A stretch of 64,000 nucleotides of DNA from the NCBI GenBank assembly GCA_963681965.1, contig OY820579.1, forward strand, positions 2,368,001-2,432,000, in the 5' to 3' direction. Position 1 is the first letter of the stretch; each line of letters starts with the position of its first letter. This document shows positions 51,801-62,137 of this stretch, piece by piece. Source of the DNA: a bacterium (lineage in GTDB: Bacteria > Electryoneota > JAOADG01). The notes under the pieces were generated by a model, which worked only from the letters and a program-made list of their open reading frames with translations, had not been told where the DNA came from and searched no databases. The position numbers and the translations under genes are program-made.

Positions 51801-53731
51801 AATTCGGAGTTGGGCAGTTGGACATCAACCGAACGAGGATAGGAACCGTCATACAAATCAATTCGACCGGCGATTGCATTGTTATTTGTCGAATCGCGTA
51901 AAACTCCTGCAATCGATCCATATAATCGCGATGTGCGTCGGATTCGAACATTCAAACTATCATGACCCGATGATTCGCCAATATTTGCGCCGGATTGCGT
52001 ACAAATGCCGAAATAAAGTGTAAGCGGTTCTTCGGCATGCAAATAATTAATATCGATCACACCATTCGGATACAAAACGTATTGCATCGTAATCGATAAA
52101 TTCGGATTTTGATATTGATGTGCGTTAAAATAACTGATTACAAACCGGTTGTTGAGAGTATCGAAGGCATACCGAATCGAATCGTTTGCCACGACCAGAT
52201 CCATCCACGATCCGGCTACGATCTGAGCAATGCTACTGTGCTCGATTGGTGTCGGTGCCCTTAATAGCCTGTCACTTGGAGCCAAGTGATTACCGATAAA
52301 ACCGTTGGTCGAACATTCGACTGAATCCCAAGTACTGCTGTATAATGGGAAACGGAATGGAAGTGCAATAGCAGGAGTAAGTTCATCGTCGCCGCAGATT
52401 AATCCAATGCTGCGATTTCGAATATCAATCCAATTGAATTGTCCTAAATCGTAGGAATAACCCGGATCGGGTCGAGGGATGCTCGAAACAACATTCGAGA
52501 GATCGGACATGCCGACTGTGGAGTGTGTCTTGACGAAATAGCGATACTCGATGCCATCGGTGACAGTCGTATCGGAAAACGTCGTGTCGGTCGCGGTAGA
52601 GCGAACACCGATGGGAAGTGTATCGGTTCCGGTTATCCGCCAAATACTATATCCGAATATTCCCGTTCCAGTTGGACGACTCCATATCAACGGAACTCGG
52701 TTATGCAATCCGGTCGTTGCCGTTAGATTGACCGGAGGATTCACCACCAAAGTCGCAGTGGTTAGTGTCAGTCCCGGCGACACGGTCGCGTTCGCAGTCA
52801 CTGAAAATGTACCGGATGACGTTGTACCGCGATAAGTTGGCGCAATCGCTCGCAACCGATAATTGGAAGCGACGAGAATGTTCGGGAAGACGGCGACGCC
52901 TAAACTGTCGGTGACACGGAACAGATTGGGGAAAGCAGTGACTTCGACCAATGCATTGCGGATCGGAACACTGCCAGCACCGCGGATAGTCGCCGAGATT
53001 GTTCCGGTGGATAGATAAAACCGGATCGCCATGGAATTGGTAGGAGTGATCGTCGACGAGTTGTAGCAGTATTGCAAATAGCGATTGTTCGCTCCGCTAT
53101 TGGGTCCCTGCAGACCGATCGTACAGTGGTTATTCAGTGCGCTCATGTCGCGATACATACACTCAATGACACCGGATTCATACAATCGGAGCTGGAATGT
53201 GTAAGTATAGAGTGGTAAATAGTAATGCGGTACTTGATACCATTCGACGATAAACCGGTGATTAGTGCTGTCGCGATAGTACCATATCGAACCCCCCTGA
53301 GTAGGGTCGAGATCGTCCCAAAATGGATAAATACCGGGTTGCACATGGTTGGTGAACGGGAGTGCGACATTGTTGAAATAACTCGACGTGAGCCCGAAAC
53401 CGACAAAACCGTTAGTACAAATATTGATGCTATCGGTGTAGGTTGTACCGTAAAAAGGGAAGAAGCCTGAAAGTGGCACGGCAACGTTCTGATCGTTGAG
53501 TGTAAGTCCAGTGTTGAAACCGGGTCCACCGGCATCGCCAGCGATTTCGAACCAATCGAATGTTGGTCCGGTCGGTTCGACGACATTGTCGATATAGCGA
53601 TAGCCATACCCATCTGGACCACCGGTGCGATTAAGCTCATCGGCAGCAGCGAACACAGTTGTCGGCAGTGTTGCGATCAGAATAAATGTGAGGCATAGCG
53701 AAGTTAGAACGAACGAGAATTTGTTACGCAT
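48890..53731 (-). CDS. Large secreted protein with 4 nidogen-like domains, FN3 and carboxypeptidase-regulatory-like domains and T9SS-type CTD
   Basis: Signal peptide from ATG at 53731 (GGAG RBS); repeats F.FPF(Y/F)G..Y..I..NGF..F...P(F/L)W.DL; NYPNPFNP...QRMVILK. Confidence 0.85.
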   Translation of the reverse strand: MRNKFSFVLTSLCLTFILIATLPTTVFAAADELNRTGGPDGYGYRYIDNVVEPTGPTFDWFEIAGDAGGPGFNTGLTLNDQNVAVPLSGFFPFYGTTYTDSINICTNGFVGFGLTSSYFNNVALPFTNHVQPGIYPFWDDLDPTQGGSIWYYRDSTNHRFIVEWYQVPHYYLPLYTYTFQLRLYESGVIECMYRDMSALNNHCTIGLQGPNSGANNRYLQYCYNSSTITPTNSMAIRFYLSTGTISATIRGAGSVPIRNALVEVTAFPNLFRVTDSLGVAVFPNILVASNYRLRAIAPTYRGTTSSGTFSVTANATVSPGLTLTTATLVVNPPVNLTATTGLHNRVPLIWSRPTGTGIFGYSIWRITGTDTLPIGVRSTATDTTFSDTTVTDGIEYRYFVKTHSTVGMSDLSNVVSSIPRPDPGYSYDLGQFNWIDIRNRSIGLICGDDELTPAIALPFRFPLYSSTWDSVECSTNGFIGNHLAPSDRLLRAPTPIEHSSIAQIVAGSWMDLVVANDSIRYAFDTLNNRFVISYFNAHQYQNPNLSITMQYVLYPNGVIDINYLHAEEPLTLYFGICTQSGANIGESSGHDSLNVRIRRTSRLYGSIAGVLRDSTNNNAIAGRIDLYDGSYPRSVDVQLPNSEFQFLNVNALPVSVIASAFGYHSRTIEFQLRSNLDTNLTILLRPISNQPPAGFMGDGFHDDRIIMNWQAPGSTEDEIASLSGYRIYRNDTLLANLAPNIYEYIDSSRGSRGEGIYSWYNVAAVYTAPAFIALCPDSALATYNMPPAKPAYLTASIVDTTLLLRWSPVTTNADSTPCVDLTGYKIYRDTTLIGTVAANIDSFVYDPPSNNRGYTYRIEAFDDAIPANVSEKSDPFFISIQQPWSTVNYTWYNTTNWTDLGLRVDGSVRVPLGFSFPFFGVNYDSVYISSNGFLSFTSPQWYPRQCPGFPSSDLPNAVIAPLWGDLDCSSGSVKINTLNGLFIVSYTSILHAPSQASAGNFQVRLDQSGAIYFAYQYSPSFSDYGIGIEDQTGTQGFQLNLNGTGVFRPTSSSSIGFWSTQRSNGSLSGRIVRGNGLPLAGAQISVANQWTATSLANGYYSIALQPGNWVAKIVASCFVPDTIYHAFSITSSTTTSISDTVRHPSISTTPTSFDLQTPTNGVTTVPLTITNSGDAPLNWKVTTRNRTSLLRSGSSWRRERFDPSIDARAAILPSPLPAQTLAIEHQPKIPGQEETTQPVIQSVDQFWGPDSFGYYCYDLSEINFPEWLTFRNIASTGTLVLQGDDEAIMTQMDGFNFYYYGTQYNRIRVNTNGVAQFINSDDPLGSRVNLPLPTETAINAVMPLWDDLEASVYKFYDAVNNVFILEWVGNRIGHETDTVRFEAQFHANNRAIVFLYDRVPVSQMSATVGIQGSTGANRYYIQNYYGASAGQGLPTNMNGWGLAYFYPNYAPLRNWLTVSPDSGVVAPGSSVNNINVTITLDTTYHINDRIIGDIIFSTNDCSTRVVSVNANVIFNGTDPHRLLGLPEKIALHPNYPNPFNPLTEIRFDLPEASSVQLVVFDLNGREIARLVDGKLPAGYHSTRFNGSGLASGVYFYRLNCEGWSQTQRMVILK

Positions 53732-53857
53732 CGGAATCTCCCAACCCATAGGGGTTGATCGTGTCGAATGTCGAGGATCATCAATCAATCAATTAAAATA
53801 CAGTATTTTTTTGCCAAGGGATAATGATTTTAGGATGTGGAGAAGATTTTCGGAAAA

Positions 53858-54412
53858 TTATAGGTGGGAGAATAGAATATTTAATCCTAGAATTATCAGA
53901 ACGATACCAGCGATAATTTCAATTCGTTTGCCGACCCACTTGCGGACATGATCGGCGAGTAGCATTGCGATTAGCGTCGCAATCGCAGAAACGAGACCGA
54001 TGATTATTACAGAAATAACGATTGGTGCTTGCATTGCGGGGATTCCGATCCCGGCAGCAAACGCATCGATGCTGACTGCGACTGATAGACCGATCAGTTT
54101 CACTCCGCGTGTCAGATCGATCGGATTTTCAGCTTCTTCATCGCCGGTGATCGATTTATAGATCATGATCGATCCTACCACTGCGAGCAAGATGAATGCG
54201 ACCCAGTGATCGATCTTTTCGACGAAATAGAGCAGTGCGCCACCGACCAGCGCACCGCTTAGCGATAGTAAACTCTGAAATAGACCGAAATGGAACGACA
54301 AGCGGAAGATTTGCCGTGGTTCGCGATGCGACAATCCGACCGAAGCTCCGACCGAAAAAGCATCTGCAGCTAAGGCACAGGCTAAAATGAAGATAGGGAG
54401 TAGGTAATTCAT
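53858..54412 (-). CDS. mntP: Manganese efflux pump MntP
   Basis: ALAADAFSV, FGLFQ, DHWVAF.LL, AVSIDAFA.G. Confidence 0.92.
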   Translation of the reverse strand: MNYLLPIFILACALAADAFSVGASVGLSHREPRQIFRLSFHFGLFQSLLSLSGALVGGALLYFVEKIDHWVAFILLAVVGSIMIYKSITGDEEAENPIDLTRGVKLIGLSVAVSIDAFAAGIGIPAMQAPIVISVIIIGLVSAIATLIAMLLADHVRKWVGKRIEIIAGIVLIILGLNILFSHL

Positions 54413-54553
54413 CGATCCATTATGTTATTCAAGAATAATCGTAGAATATACATGATAAATTGAAAATCTCCAGATTTGATTTTTCATGAATGGTTGTTCG
54501 ACAATACTAATAAATCAATATCACTTGTAGAAATTCTGTTCCAGAGCCTATTT

Positions 54554-54670
54554 TATATCGATTCTTGAAAAGAAGTGGTTATGATTTGTTGTCAGGTTCG
54601 CCTGACCTGCGAGCGGGCGCAGGGACCCGCCCCTACGATCGATAACAACTTCTTTTCTTGAGAAACTATA
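54554..54670. repeat. MITE-like element, copy 4 (117 bp, more diverged)
   Basis: TATATCGATTCTTGAAAAGAAG...CTTCTTTTCTTGAGAAACTATA; paired changes keep the TIR and REP stems. Confidence 0.85.
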
Positions 54671-54721
54671 TTGGAATAATTGGGACTAACTTTCTCGATC
54701 GAGATTGTTATTGGAGTCATC

Positions 54722-55516
54722 ATGAAACCGATGTTGTTATGCATAATTCTATTCTCGTCACTTTCGCTCGGTATCACGGCACCGACAATCGATCCGAATA
54801 TGCCGTATACCGAATTGAAAACTCTGGTGAACCGGAACGATCCGGCTGCGATGAAATTGCTAGGAGAGCGATTGTATCGCGGCGACACGATGCCGAAAGA
54901 TGTTGTCGAAGCGATATCGTGGTTGGAGAAGGCTGCGGCTGCCGGTGACGGGGAAGCGTATTACGATCTCAGTGTGATTTATTTGAACAACGATGGAGTG
55001 ACCCGCGACGTACCGAAAGCGATTGGATATCTTCGCAAAGGGGCGGATCTGAACAATGTGGATGCACAGACCTCGCTTGCGATGTTTTGCCAAGCAGGCG
55101 AACGTGCCGATCCGAGTTTGACAGTCGATATGAAGGAAGCCATTAAGTGGTATTCGCGGGCGGCGGCGCAGAACAATACCGATGCGATTCAACGATTGGC
55201 AATGATTTACCGGATGGGAAACGGAGTAGAAAAGAGTGAAATTGATGCGGTAAAGTGGTTTCAGCGCGGTGCCGATCTGGGCAATTTCGATTGCATGTGG
55301 GCAGTGGGTCAATCGCTGTACGATGGCGTGGGAACGAAGAAGGACATCGTCAAAGGGCTCGCCTATATGACGATTGCTGCCGAGAATTCAAGCGATCCGG
55401 AACAAAAGAAAGCGATGAAAGACCGGCTCGCGAAATACACCGAAACCCTGAAGAAAGGGCAATTGGATGAAATGAAATGGATTGTCGGGGAGTGGAAAGG
55501 GAAAAGAAAGAAGTAG
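54722..55516 (+). CDS. Sel1-repeat (SLR) protein
   Basis: Signal peptide; repeats A...LG..Y..G.GV.KD..EA..W...AA. Confidence 0.92.
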   Translation: MKPMLLCIILFSSLSLGITAPTIDPNMPYTELKTLVNRNDPAAMKLLGERLYRGDTMPKDVVEAISWLEKAAAAGDGEAYYDLSVIYLNNDGVTRDVPKAIGYLRKGADLNNVDAQTSLAMFCQAGERADPSLTVDMKEAIKWYSRAAAQNNTDAIQRLAMIYRMGNGVEKSEIDAVKWFQRGADLGNFDCMWAVGQSLYDGVGTKKDIVKGLAYMTIAAENSSDPEQKKAMKDRLAKYTETLKKGQLDEMKWIVGEWKGKRKK

Positions 55517-55543
55517 ATGGAATTTGGTTTGATCAGACAATCA

Positions 55544-56101
55544 TTACCGAAGAAGCAATTGATTCAGTCGATCAATAATCGATAAATCCTCTTTAATGGC
55601 TGCTAGAGGTGATATATTAACCAATATCAGATTAGTATCTAAACGTCTTTGCTGTTTTAGGATTATACTTTCGATATCCCCCCAATCTTTTCCACGATTG
55701 GCAAATGCTTTCATGACGATTAAATCTTCAGCCGAACAGATCTGAAGGTCATATTCCGACATAATACAGATCTTCGAACTTCTTTTAATCATTTGTTCTT
55801 CGAAATCCAAACCAGTCAGAGTAATATCAATCGGCACTCCAGTTGAACTTCGGAGTAGTAAAACGCGTTGTTTGACAGCAAACGATTTGGCATCGGGAAT
55901 TCGGGATGAGAATTTTTGTTGTAATAGGTCGATTAAATCGATCTCATTGCCAAAACCGCACAACAAAGCGATATCAAGATCATTGGTTACGCGAATCTCG
56001 CCCCAATGGATGACTGCGATTCCACCGATAAAACAAAACGGTCGGTTCTTCTCCTCAAGAAACGACTGAATTTCGATAGCCGCTTTCAGTAGATGAATCA
56101 T
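55544..56101 (-). CDS. Nucleotidyltransferase (AbiEii/DUF6036-like)
   Basis: FIGGIAV..WGE.R.T.DLD; SAEDLIVMKAFANRGKDWGDI. Confidence 0.8.
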   Translation of the reverse strand: MIHLLKAAIEIQSFLEEKNRPFCFIGGIAVIHWGEIRVTNDLDIALLCGFGNEIDLIDLLQQKFSSRIPDAKSFAVKQRVLLLRSSTGVPIDITLTGLDFEEQMIKRSSKICIMSEYDLQICSAEDLIVMKAFANRGKDWGDIESIILKQQRRLDTNLILVNISPLAAIKEDLSIIDRLNQLLLR

Positions 56102-56325
56102 TTCGGTCTCAGCATAGCAAAATAGCGCTGCATCTCGACCAAGCCACTGGTTTCGGATGGGGTGGAGTGTTCCAGCGAATAGTTGAAGAGATCTTCGAGT
56201 GCTGTCAAGGTCTTTTCAACATAGTCAGGCTGACGCAATTCCGCCGCTTTGATTGCGCGGAGTTCGGCATCGGTCTGTTGCCAGCCATCTGCCCAACGTT
56301 TGATGTTTTCCGGAGTATCGGTCAT
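56098..56325 (-). CDS. Small helical protein (75 aa), putative partner/antitoxin of the nucleotidyltransferase
   Basis: MTDTPENIKRWADGWQQ...SGLVEMQRYF; ATGA overlap with the downstream gene. Confidence 0.65.
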   Translation of the reverse strand: MTDTPENIKRWADGWQQTDAELRAIKAAELRQPDYVEKTLTALEDLFNYSLEHSTPSETSGLVEMQRYFAMLRPK

Positions 56326-56567
56326 AACGCTACAAGATAACAAAAAATCGAAATATTCTAACAGGAATTTTGCAAAATCTGGACAATTGAGCATTCCGGA
56401 TGTAATTGCGCGACCGAACTGTACATTCACCCACATCAGTACTCTATATCTTTCATTATCAGTTACTAAGCAACAAATACCAAGTACAAATCACTCATAA
56501 CCTCCACTCGGTTTTGACCGGAACGACAAATCTCTCTACCTTTTACTCTAATCACAAGGAGTAAGTC

Positions 56568-59390
56568 GTGTCGGAACGGGATGTCATCCGCATTGAAGGC
56601 GCACGCGAACACAATCTCAAGAACATCACGCTGGAAATTCCTCGCAACAAACTGGTCGTGATCACCGGACTGTCTGGTTCCGGTAAATCGTCGCTGGCAT
56701 TCGATACGATCTATGCCGAAGGGCAGCGTCGTTATGTCGAATCGCTGTCGGCGTATGCACGGCAGTTCCTCGGCTTGATGGAAAAACCGGATGTCGACCG
56801 GATCGAAGGGCTGTCGCCCGCGATTGCGATTCAACAGAAAGCGGGCACTCGCAACCCGCGCTCGACCGTTGCCACTGTCACGGAAATTTACGACTACATG
56901 CGATTGCTGTTCGCGCGCATCGGTATCCCGTTTTGTCCGAAATGCGGCAAGATTATCGAACGCCAGACCGCAGAACAGATTGTCGATCTGCTCTTGATGT
57001 ATCCCGACGGCACGCGCCTGAATCTGCTCGCACCGCTAATCCGCGGACGCAAGGGGGAGTACAAGGATCTACTCGCTGAAATCAAGCGGGACGGCTATGT
57101 CCGGGTACGGGTCGATGGTATTGTCTACGGCATCGACGACCCGATCCCGATGAAAAAGACGCTCAAGCATACGATCGAAGTGGTCGTCGACCGACTAAAG
57201 ATCGAGAAGAAACTACGTTCGAGACTGGTCGATTCGGTGGAAACCGCGCTGAAGCTATCGAGCGGAATGCTAACGGTGATCGATGAAGCCGGAGTCGAAC
57301 GGATGTTTAGCGAGCGCTTCGCTTGCATCGATTGCGGTATCTCGATCGAAGAACCGGTACCGCGCCTCTTCTCATTCAACTCGCCGTATGGCGCTTGTAC
57401 GACCTGTTCCGGTCTTGGTACGAAGATGGAAATCGATCCCGAGCGAATCATTGTCAATCCACATCTGTCGGTGAAAGAGGGGGCGCTGGCGAATAGTGTG
57501 AGCGGCGATACCCTGTTCAATCAGGCAATGGAGCAGATGGCAAAGGGGCAGGGATTCAAGATCGATGTGCCGTGGGAAAACCTGACCAAGAAACAGGTCG
57601 AGATGATTCTGTACGGCACGGGCGCCGATAAATACAAATTCCGGTTTGCACACAGCGACGGGAAGCGTTATTGGGAGCAGGTTGGTAAGTGGGAAGGGGT
57701 TATTCCGAATCTGCATCGACGCTACCATCAGACGCAATCGACGATGATTCGCGAATGGATCGAGAGCTTCATGGGCTCGATTCCCTGTCCGGATTGTAAA
57801 GGGCAACGCCTTAAGCCGGAGGCGCTCGCGATTAAAATAGATAATCGCTCGATTGCAGAAGTAGCGTCGTACTCGATTTCTACTGCACTCAATTATTTTA
57901 AGCAGCTCAAACTTAGTGAACGCGAATTGAAAATCTCCGGTCAGATTTTGAAAGAGATCAAATCGCGGCTCGGTTTTCTGTTCAATGTTGGTCTTGAATA
58001 TCTCACCCTCAACCGCACTGCGGGCACGTTATCGGGTGGTGAGGCGCAACGAATTCAGTTAGCGACACAAATCGGCAGTCAATTGGTTGGAGTGTTGTAT
58101 ATCCTCGATGAACCGTCGATTGGACTTCACCAGCGCGACAATACAAAATTGATTCAGACATTGGTACAATTGCGCGATTTGAAGAACACTGTGATTGTCG
58201 TCGAACACGACGAAGAGACGATGCGCTCGGCAGATCATTTGATCGACATGGGTCCGAAAGCGGGGCGGTTTGGCGGTCAAATTATTGCCCAAGGAACGCC
58301 AGCGGAAGTCGAAAAAGTCGCCGATTCGCTTACTGGACAGTATTTATCCGGAACATTGAAGATCGATCTACCGAAAAGTCGTCGCAGTGGCAGTGGAAAA
58401 GTGCTGAAGATAACCAATGCGACCGGTAACAATCTAAAAAACGTCAATGTCGAAATTCCTCTTGGCAAATTTGTAACGATTACCGGTGTCTCGGGTAGCG
58501 GCAAGTCGTCGCTAGTTTCGGAAACACTGACCCGGGCACTGGCACAGAAACTGAATAAAGCACGGGAACAATCGTTGCCGTATGGCAAGATCACCGGTCT
58601 GGAACATCTCGATAAGGTGATTGAAATCGATCAATCGCCGATTGGTCGAACACCGCGCTCGAATCCTGCGACTTATACGGGACTATTTGGCGCGATACGA
58701 GATCTGTTTGCGCAATTGCCGGAAGCAAAGATGCGCGGCTACACCCCGGGACGGTTCAGTTTCAATGTCAAAGGGGGACGGTGCGACACCTGCGAAGGGG
58801 ACGGGATCATCAAGATCGAGATGTACTTCCTTCCCGATGTGTATGTCAGTTGTGAAGCCTGTAACGGACGACGTTACAACCGTGAGACGCTGGAAGTACG
58901 CTACAAGGGGAAGAGCATTGCCGATGTATTGGAAATGACCGTCGAAGAGGCATTGGAGTTTTTCAATGCAATACCTCCCATTCGACGGAAACTTCAGACA
59001 TTGTTCGATGTCGGTCTCGGTTATATTCACCTTGGACAACAGGCGACGACGCTGTCCGGAGGCGAAGCGCAGCGGGTCAAACTGAGTACCGAATTGTCGC
59101 GGATGGCTACCGGTAAAACGATTTATGTCCTCGATGAACCGACTACCGGATTGCACTTTGCCGATATCAAATTGTTGTTGGAAGTGCTGCAACGCTTGGT
59201 CGACAAAGGGAATACCGTCGTGGTGATCGAACACAATCTCGATGTAATCAAAGTCGCGGATTGGGTGATCGATCTCGGACCCGAAGGGGGAGATGCCGGC
59301 GGGGAGATTATTGGCGAAGGGACACCGGAAACGATTGCGAAGATCAAACAATCGTATACGGGACAATACCTGAAGCATGTCCTACATTGA
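56568..59390 (+). CDS. uvrA: Excinuclease ABC subunit A
   Basis: [39 protein letters not shown], zinc fingers, second ABC domain. Confidence 0.99.
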   Translation: MSERDVIRIEGAREHNLKNITLEIPRNKLVVITGLSGSGKSSLAFDTIYAEGQRRYVESLSAYARQFLGLMEKPDVDRIEGLSPAIAIQQKAGTRNPRSTVATVTEIYDYMRLLFARIGIPFCPKCGKIIERQTAEQIVDLLLMYPDGTRLNLLAPLIRGRKGEYKDLLAEIKRDGYVRVRVDGIVYGIDDPIPMKKTLKHTIEVVVDRLKIEKKLRSRLVDSVETALKLSSGMLTVIDEAGVERMFSERFACIDCGISIEEPVPRLFSFNSPYGACTTCSGLGTKMEIDPERIIVNPHLSVKEGALANSVSGDTLFNQAMEQMAKGQGFKIDVPWENLTKKQVEMILYGTGADKYKFRFAHSDGKRYWEQVGKWEGVIPNLHRRYHQTQSTMIREWIESFMGSIPCPDCKGQRLKPEALAIKIDNRSIAEVASYSISTALNYFKQLKLSERELKISGQILKEIKSRLGFLFNVGLEYLTLNRTAGTLSGGEAQRIQLATQIGSQLVGVLYILDEPSIGLHQRDNTKLIQTLVQLRDLKNTVIVVEHDEETMRSADHLIDMGPKAGRFGGQIIAQGTPAEVEKVADSLTGQYLSGTLKIDLPKSRRSGSGKVLKITNATGNNLKNVNVEIPLGKFVTITGVSGSGKSSLVSETLTRALAQKLNKAREQSLPYGKITGLEHLDKVIEIDQSPIGRTPRSNPATYTGLFGAIRDLFAQLPEAKMRGYTPGRFSFNVKGGRCDTCEGDGIIKIEMYFLPDVYVSCEACNGRRYNRETLEVRYKGKSIADVLEMTVEEALEFFNAIPPIRRKLQTLFDVGLGYIHLGQQATTLSGGEAQRVKLSTELSRMATGKTIYVLDEPTTGLHFADIKLLLEVLQRLVDKGNTVVVIEHNLDVIKVADWVIDLGPEGGDAGGEIIGEGTPETIAKIKQSYTGQYLKHVLH

Positions 59391-59507
59391 TGCACATTCA
59401 TTTTAATTCTTAAGACAAGTGGTTTTTTCACTGAGAATTTGCGATATTGTGTGATAGATTTGCATAAAATTATGATTTGAATTGCGAATGGGTATGGAGG
59501 GGAAAAC

Positions 59508-60176
59508 ATGAATAGACTTCTTTGGTGTTTGCTAGTCGTAACGATTTTTTGTATAGGTGTATCGGCGCAAGAACTTGTGATCCTGCAGCCGAATGGTGCT
59601 TCACATTGGGTGGTAAACTCGCCTTATCAGGTTCAGGTTGTGCCACAAGGATTTTCCGGCAGATTGCGCACTGTAATCGAACTCAATCGGGTTTATCCGG
59701 ATAATCCGTGGGTGGAAATCGGTAGTTTCAATCCCAATTATATCGATCGCCAGACGATGTACCTTAACGGTTATTTATCAGGCGTACCAACGTCCGATTT
59801 TACCGCAGCGATCCGGGTTCGCATCGATTCGCTGCACATCTCGCAAATTTCCGAACGATTCATTATCGATCCGATCAATGGTATCGATGAATCTACCACC
59901 GGTGTTTTGGTCGATTACCGAATGCTTTCGGTGTACCCGAATCCGTTTAATTCGACTGCTACTATCGCGATCAATTTGGATCGCAGCCAAGATCTCACAC
60001 TGAAAATTCACGACCGAGTCGGTCGCGAAGTGACGACACTAACTTCCGGTTTGGTCTCGGCAGGGGAACATCGATATAAATTCGATGCCTCGCATCTTTC
60101 CGCCGGGGTTTATTTCATTACCGCGAATCGCGCCGGGAAGCCATTGGTGATGCAGAAAGCCGTTTTGCTTAAATAG
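59508..60176 (+). CDS. Small secreted protein (one Ig-like module) with T9SS-type CTD
   Basis: Signal peptide; QPNG...ELNRVYP..PW; VYPNPFN...GVYF...KAVLLK. Confidence 0.85.
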   Translation: MNRLLWCLLVVTIFCIGVSAQELVILQPNGASHWVVNSPYQVQVVPQGFSGRLRTVIELNRVYPDNPWVEIGSFNPNYIDRQTMYLNGYLSGVPTSDFTAAIRVRIDSLHISQISERFIIDPINGIDESTTGVLVDYRMLSVYPNPFNSTATIAINLDRSQDLTLKIHDRVGREVTTLTSGLVSAGEHRYKFDASHLSAGVYFITANRAGKPLVMQKAVLLK

Positions 60177-60214
60177 AATTTGAAACATTATTTAACAATT
60201 TGCTCGAGAAGTAT

Positions 60215-61066
60215 ATGCCCGATTTAATTCCGACCCTCAAAGAAAAAGTGTTGAACGTCCGCCGCGATATTATCACGATGCTAGCATATGCCGGATCGGG
60301 TCATACGGGTGGATCGCTTTCGTGTGCCGATTTCGCATCGGTGCTAATGTTCCACGAATTGAAACGCGATCCCCGCGATCCGAATTGGGATTTGCGCGAC
60401 TTTCTGTTTTACTCGAATGGTCATGTATCGCCAGTGAACTATTCGTGTCTGGCGGAAGCCGGTTACTTCCCGAAACGGGATTTATTGCGTTTCCGGCAAC
60501 TCGATGGTCAATTGCAAGGACACCCGTGTCATGAGACGCCGGGCATCGAAGTTGGTTCGGGATCATTGGGACAAGGACTTTCGATTGGTTGCGGAGCCGC
60601 ACTAGCAGCGAAGCGGGAGCGACATCCCCGACGGGTTTATGTCATCATGGGTGACGGCGAGTTGCAAGAAGGGATGTGTTGGGAAGCGGCGATGTTTGGG
60701 GCGCACTACCGGTTGAACAATCTTTGCGCGATCGTCGATCGGAACTTCAAGCAGATCGATGGCGATACCGAAACTGTGATGGCGTTGGAACCACTTGCGG
60801 ATAAATGGACTGCGTTCGGTTGGAATGTGATTGCGACCGACGGACACGATCTGGCTGGTTTGATTGCCGCTTATGAACAAGCGCGAGCGGTGGATGATAA
60901 ACCGACAGTCTTGTTGCTCCGAACGATTATGGGGAAGGGGGTATCGTTTATGGAGAACGATCACCGCTGGCACGGCAAAGCCCCGTCAAAAGAGCAAGCA
61001 GAAGCGGCGTTACGCGAATTGGGTACTAATTTGGACGAGTGGACTGAATATTTGAAGAATGCATAA
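60215..61066 (+). CDS. tkt: Transketolase, N-terminal subunit
   Basis: GSGHTGGSLS, LQGHP, GSLGQG, TPP motif GDGELQEG..WEA. Confidence 0.93.
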   Translation: MPDLIPTLKEKVLNVRRDIITMLAYAGSGHTGGSLSCADFASVLMFHELKRDPRDPNWDLRDFLFYSNGHVSPVNYSCLAEAGYFPKRDLLRFRQLDGQLQGHPCHETPGIEVGSGSLGQGLSIGCGAALAAKRERHPRRVYVIMGDGELQEGMCWEAAMFGAHYRLNNLCAIVDRNFKQIDGDTETVMALEPLADKWTAFGWNVIATDGHDLAGLIAAYEQARAVDDKPTVLLLRTIMGKGVSFMENDHRWHGKAPSKEQAEAALRELGTNLDEWTEYLKNA

Positions 61067-61119
61067 CGGAATTCACGCATTCAACAGAATATTGAACATC
61101 TCTCTGGAGACTATTGCAA

Positions 61120-62058
61120 ATGGCAGAACAAAAACCGACCCGTGCCGGATATGGCGAAGCGTTGGTCGAGTTGGGCAAGCGGGATAACCGCATTTGGGTA
61201 TTAACCGGCGATTTAGCTGAATCTACGATGGTCGATAAATTCGAGAAAGCTTATCCGGAGCGGTTTGTACAATGCGGAATTGCCGAACAGAATATGTGCA
61301 ACGTTGCCGCCGGTCTCGCTGTCGGTGGAAAGATTCCGTTTTGGACAACCTACGGCGCATTTGCAGCGTGCCGCTCACTCGATATGTTGCGTGTTACGGT
61401 CTGCTACTCCGATTTGAATGTCAAGATCGGAGGAGCGCATTGCGGTATCACCGTCGGACCCGATGGCGCTACACATCAGATTTTAGAAGACCTTGCGATT
61501 ATGCGGGTGTTACCGAATATGAAGGTGGTTGTGCCTGCCGATTATCACGAAGCTTATAATGCCACGATTGCCGCAGCGGAAATTTACGGACCGGTGTATG
61601 TCCGATTGGGACGTGCGCCTGCTCCGGTTTTTACTGATCGCGAAGATCCATTTGTGATTGGGAAAGCGAAAATTCTTCATGAAGGATCCGATATTGCGAT
61701 CATCGCCTGCGGGCAGTTGGTTTCGGAATCGATTCTCGCCGCCGAAGAATTGGCAAAGAGTGGTATTCAGGCACGAGTGATCAACATGTCGACGCTGAAA
61801 CCGATCGATACTGCGGCTATTGTCGCGGCAGCTCGGGATTGCGGGCGGATCGTTACTGCCGAAGAACATCAGATCTACGGCGGTCTCGGCAGCGCTGTGG
61901 CACATGAATGTGCTGTGAATGGTGTGCCGGTGCCGATGAAGATGATTGCGATTCAAGATCGGTTCGGTCAGAGTGGATCACCGGAAGAGTTGCTTACTTA
62001 TTTTGGACTCCGATCCGCGAATATCGTCGATGCTGCAAAATCGTTATTAAAGAAATAA
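61120..62058 (+). CDS. tkt: Transketolase, C-terminal subunit
   Basis: GIAEQNM, GPDGATHQ.LED, EEHQIYGGLGS. Confidence 0.93.
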   Translation: MAEQKPTRAGYGEALVELGKRDNRIWVLTGDLAESTMVDKFEKAYPERFVQCGIAEQNMCNVAAGLAVGGKIPFWTTYGAFAACRSLDMLRVTVCYSDLNVKIGGAHCGITVGPDGATHQILEDLAIMRVLPNMKVVVPADYHEAYNATIAAAEIYGPVYVRLGRAPAPVFTDREDPFVIGKAKILHEGSDIAIIACGQLVSESILAAEELAKSGIQARVINMSTLKPIDTAAIVAAARDCGRIVTAEEHQIYGGLGSAVAHECAVNGVPVPMKMIAIQDRFGQSGSPEELLTYFGLRSANIVDAAKSLLKK

Positions 62059-62076
62059 CTGAAAATGGTAACAAAC

Positions 62077-62109
62077 AAGAGGGACAGGCGGTTAAGCCTG
62101 TCCCTTTTT
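62077..62109. terminator. Intrinsic terminator, possibly bidirectional
   Basis: AGGGACAGGC-GGTTAA-GCCTGTCCCT followed by a T-run. Confidence 0.85.
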
Positions 62110-62137
62110 GTAGGAGTAAAGTCATTTCCCGCAGCAA

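Noticed and set aside
54413-54553. yybP-ykoY manganese riboswitch upstream of mntP
   Set aside because: The leader is AT-rich and I could not find the conserved stems or motifs.
56330-56567. LexA/SOS box upstream of uvrA
   Set aside because: No convincing match to the CTGT-N8-ACAG or GAAC-N4-GTTC boxes.
58683-59378. 231-aa antisense ORF and similar shadow ORFs inside large genes
   Set aside because: They lie antisense to or in alternative frames of well-supported genes such as uvrA.
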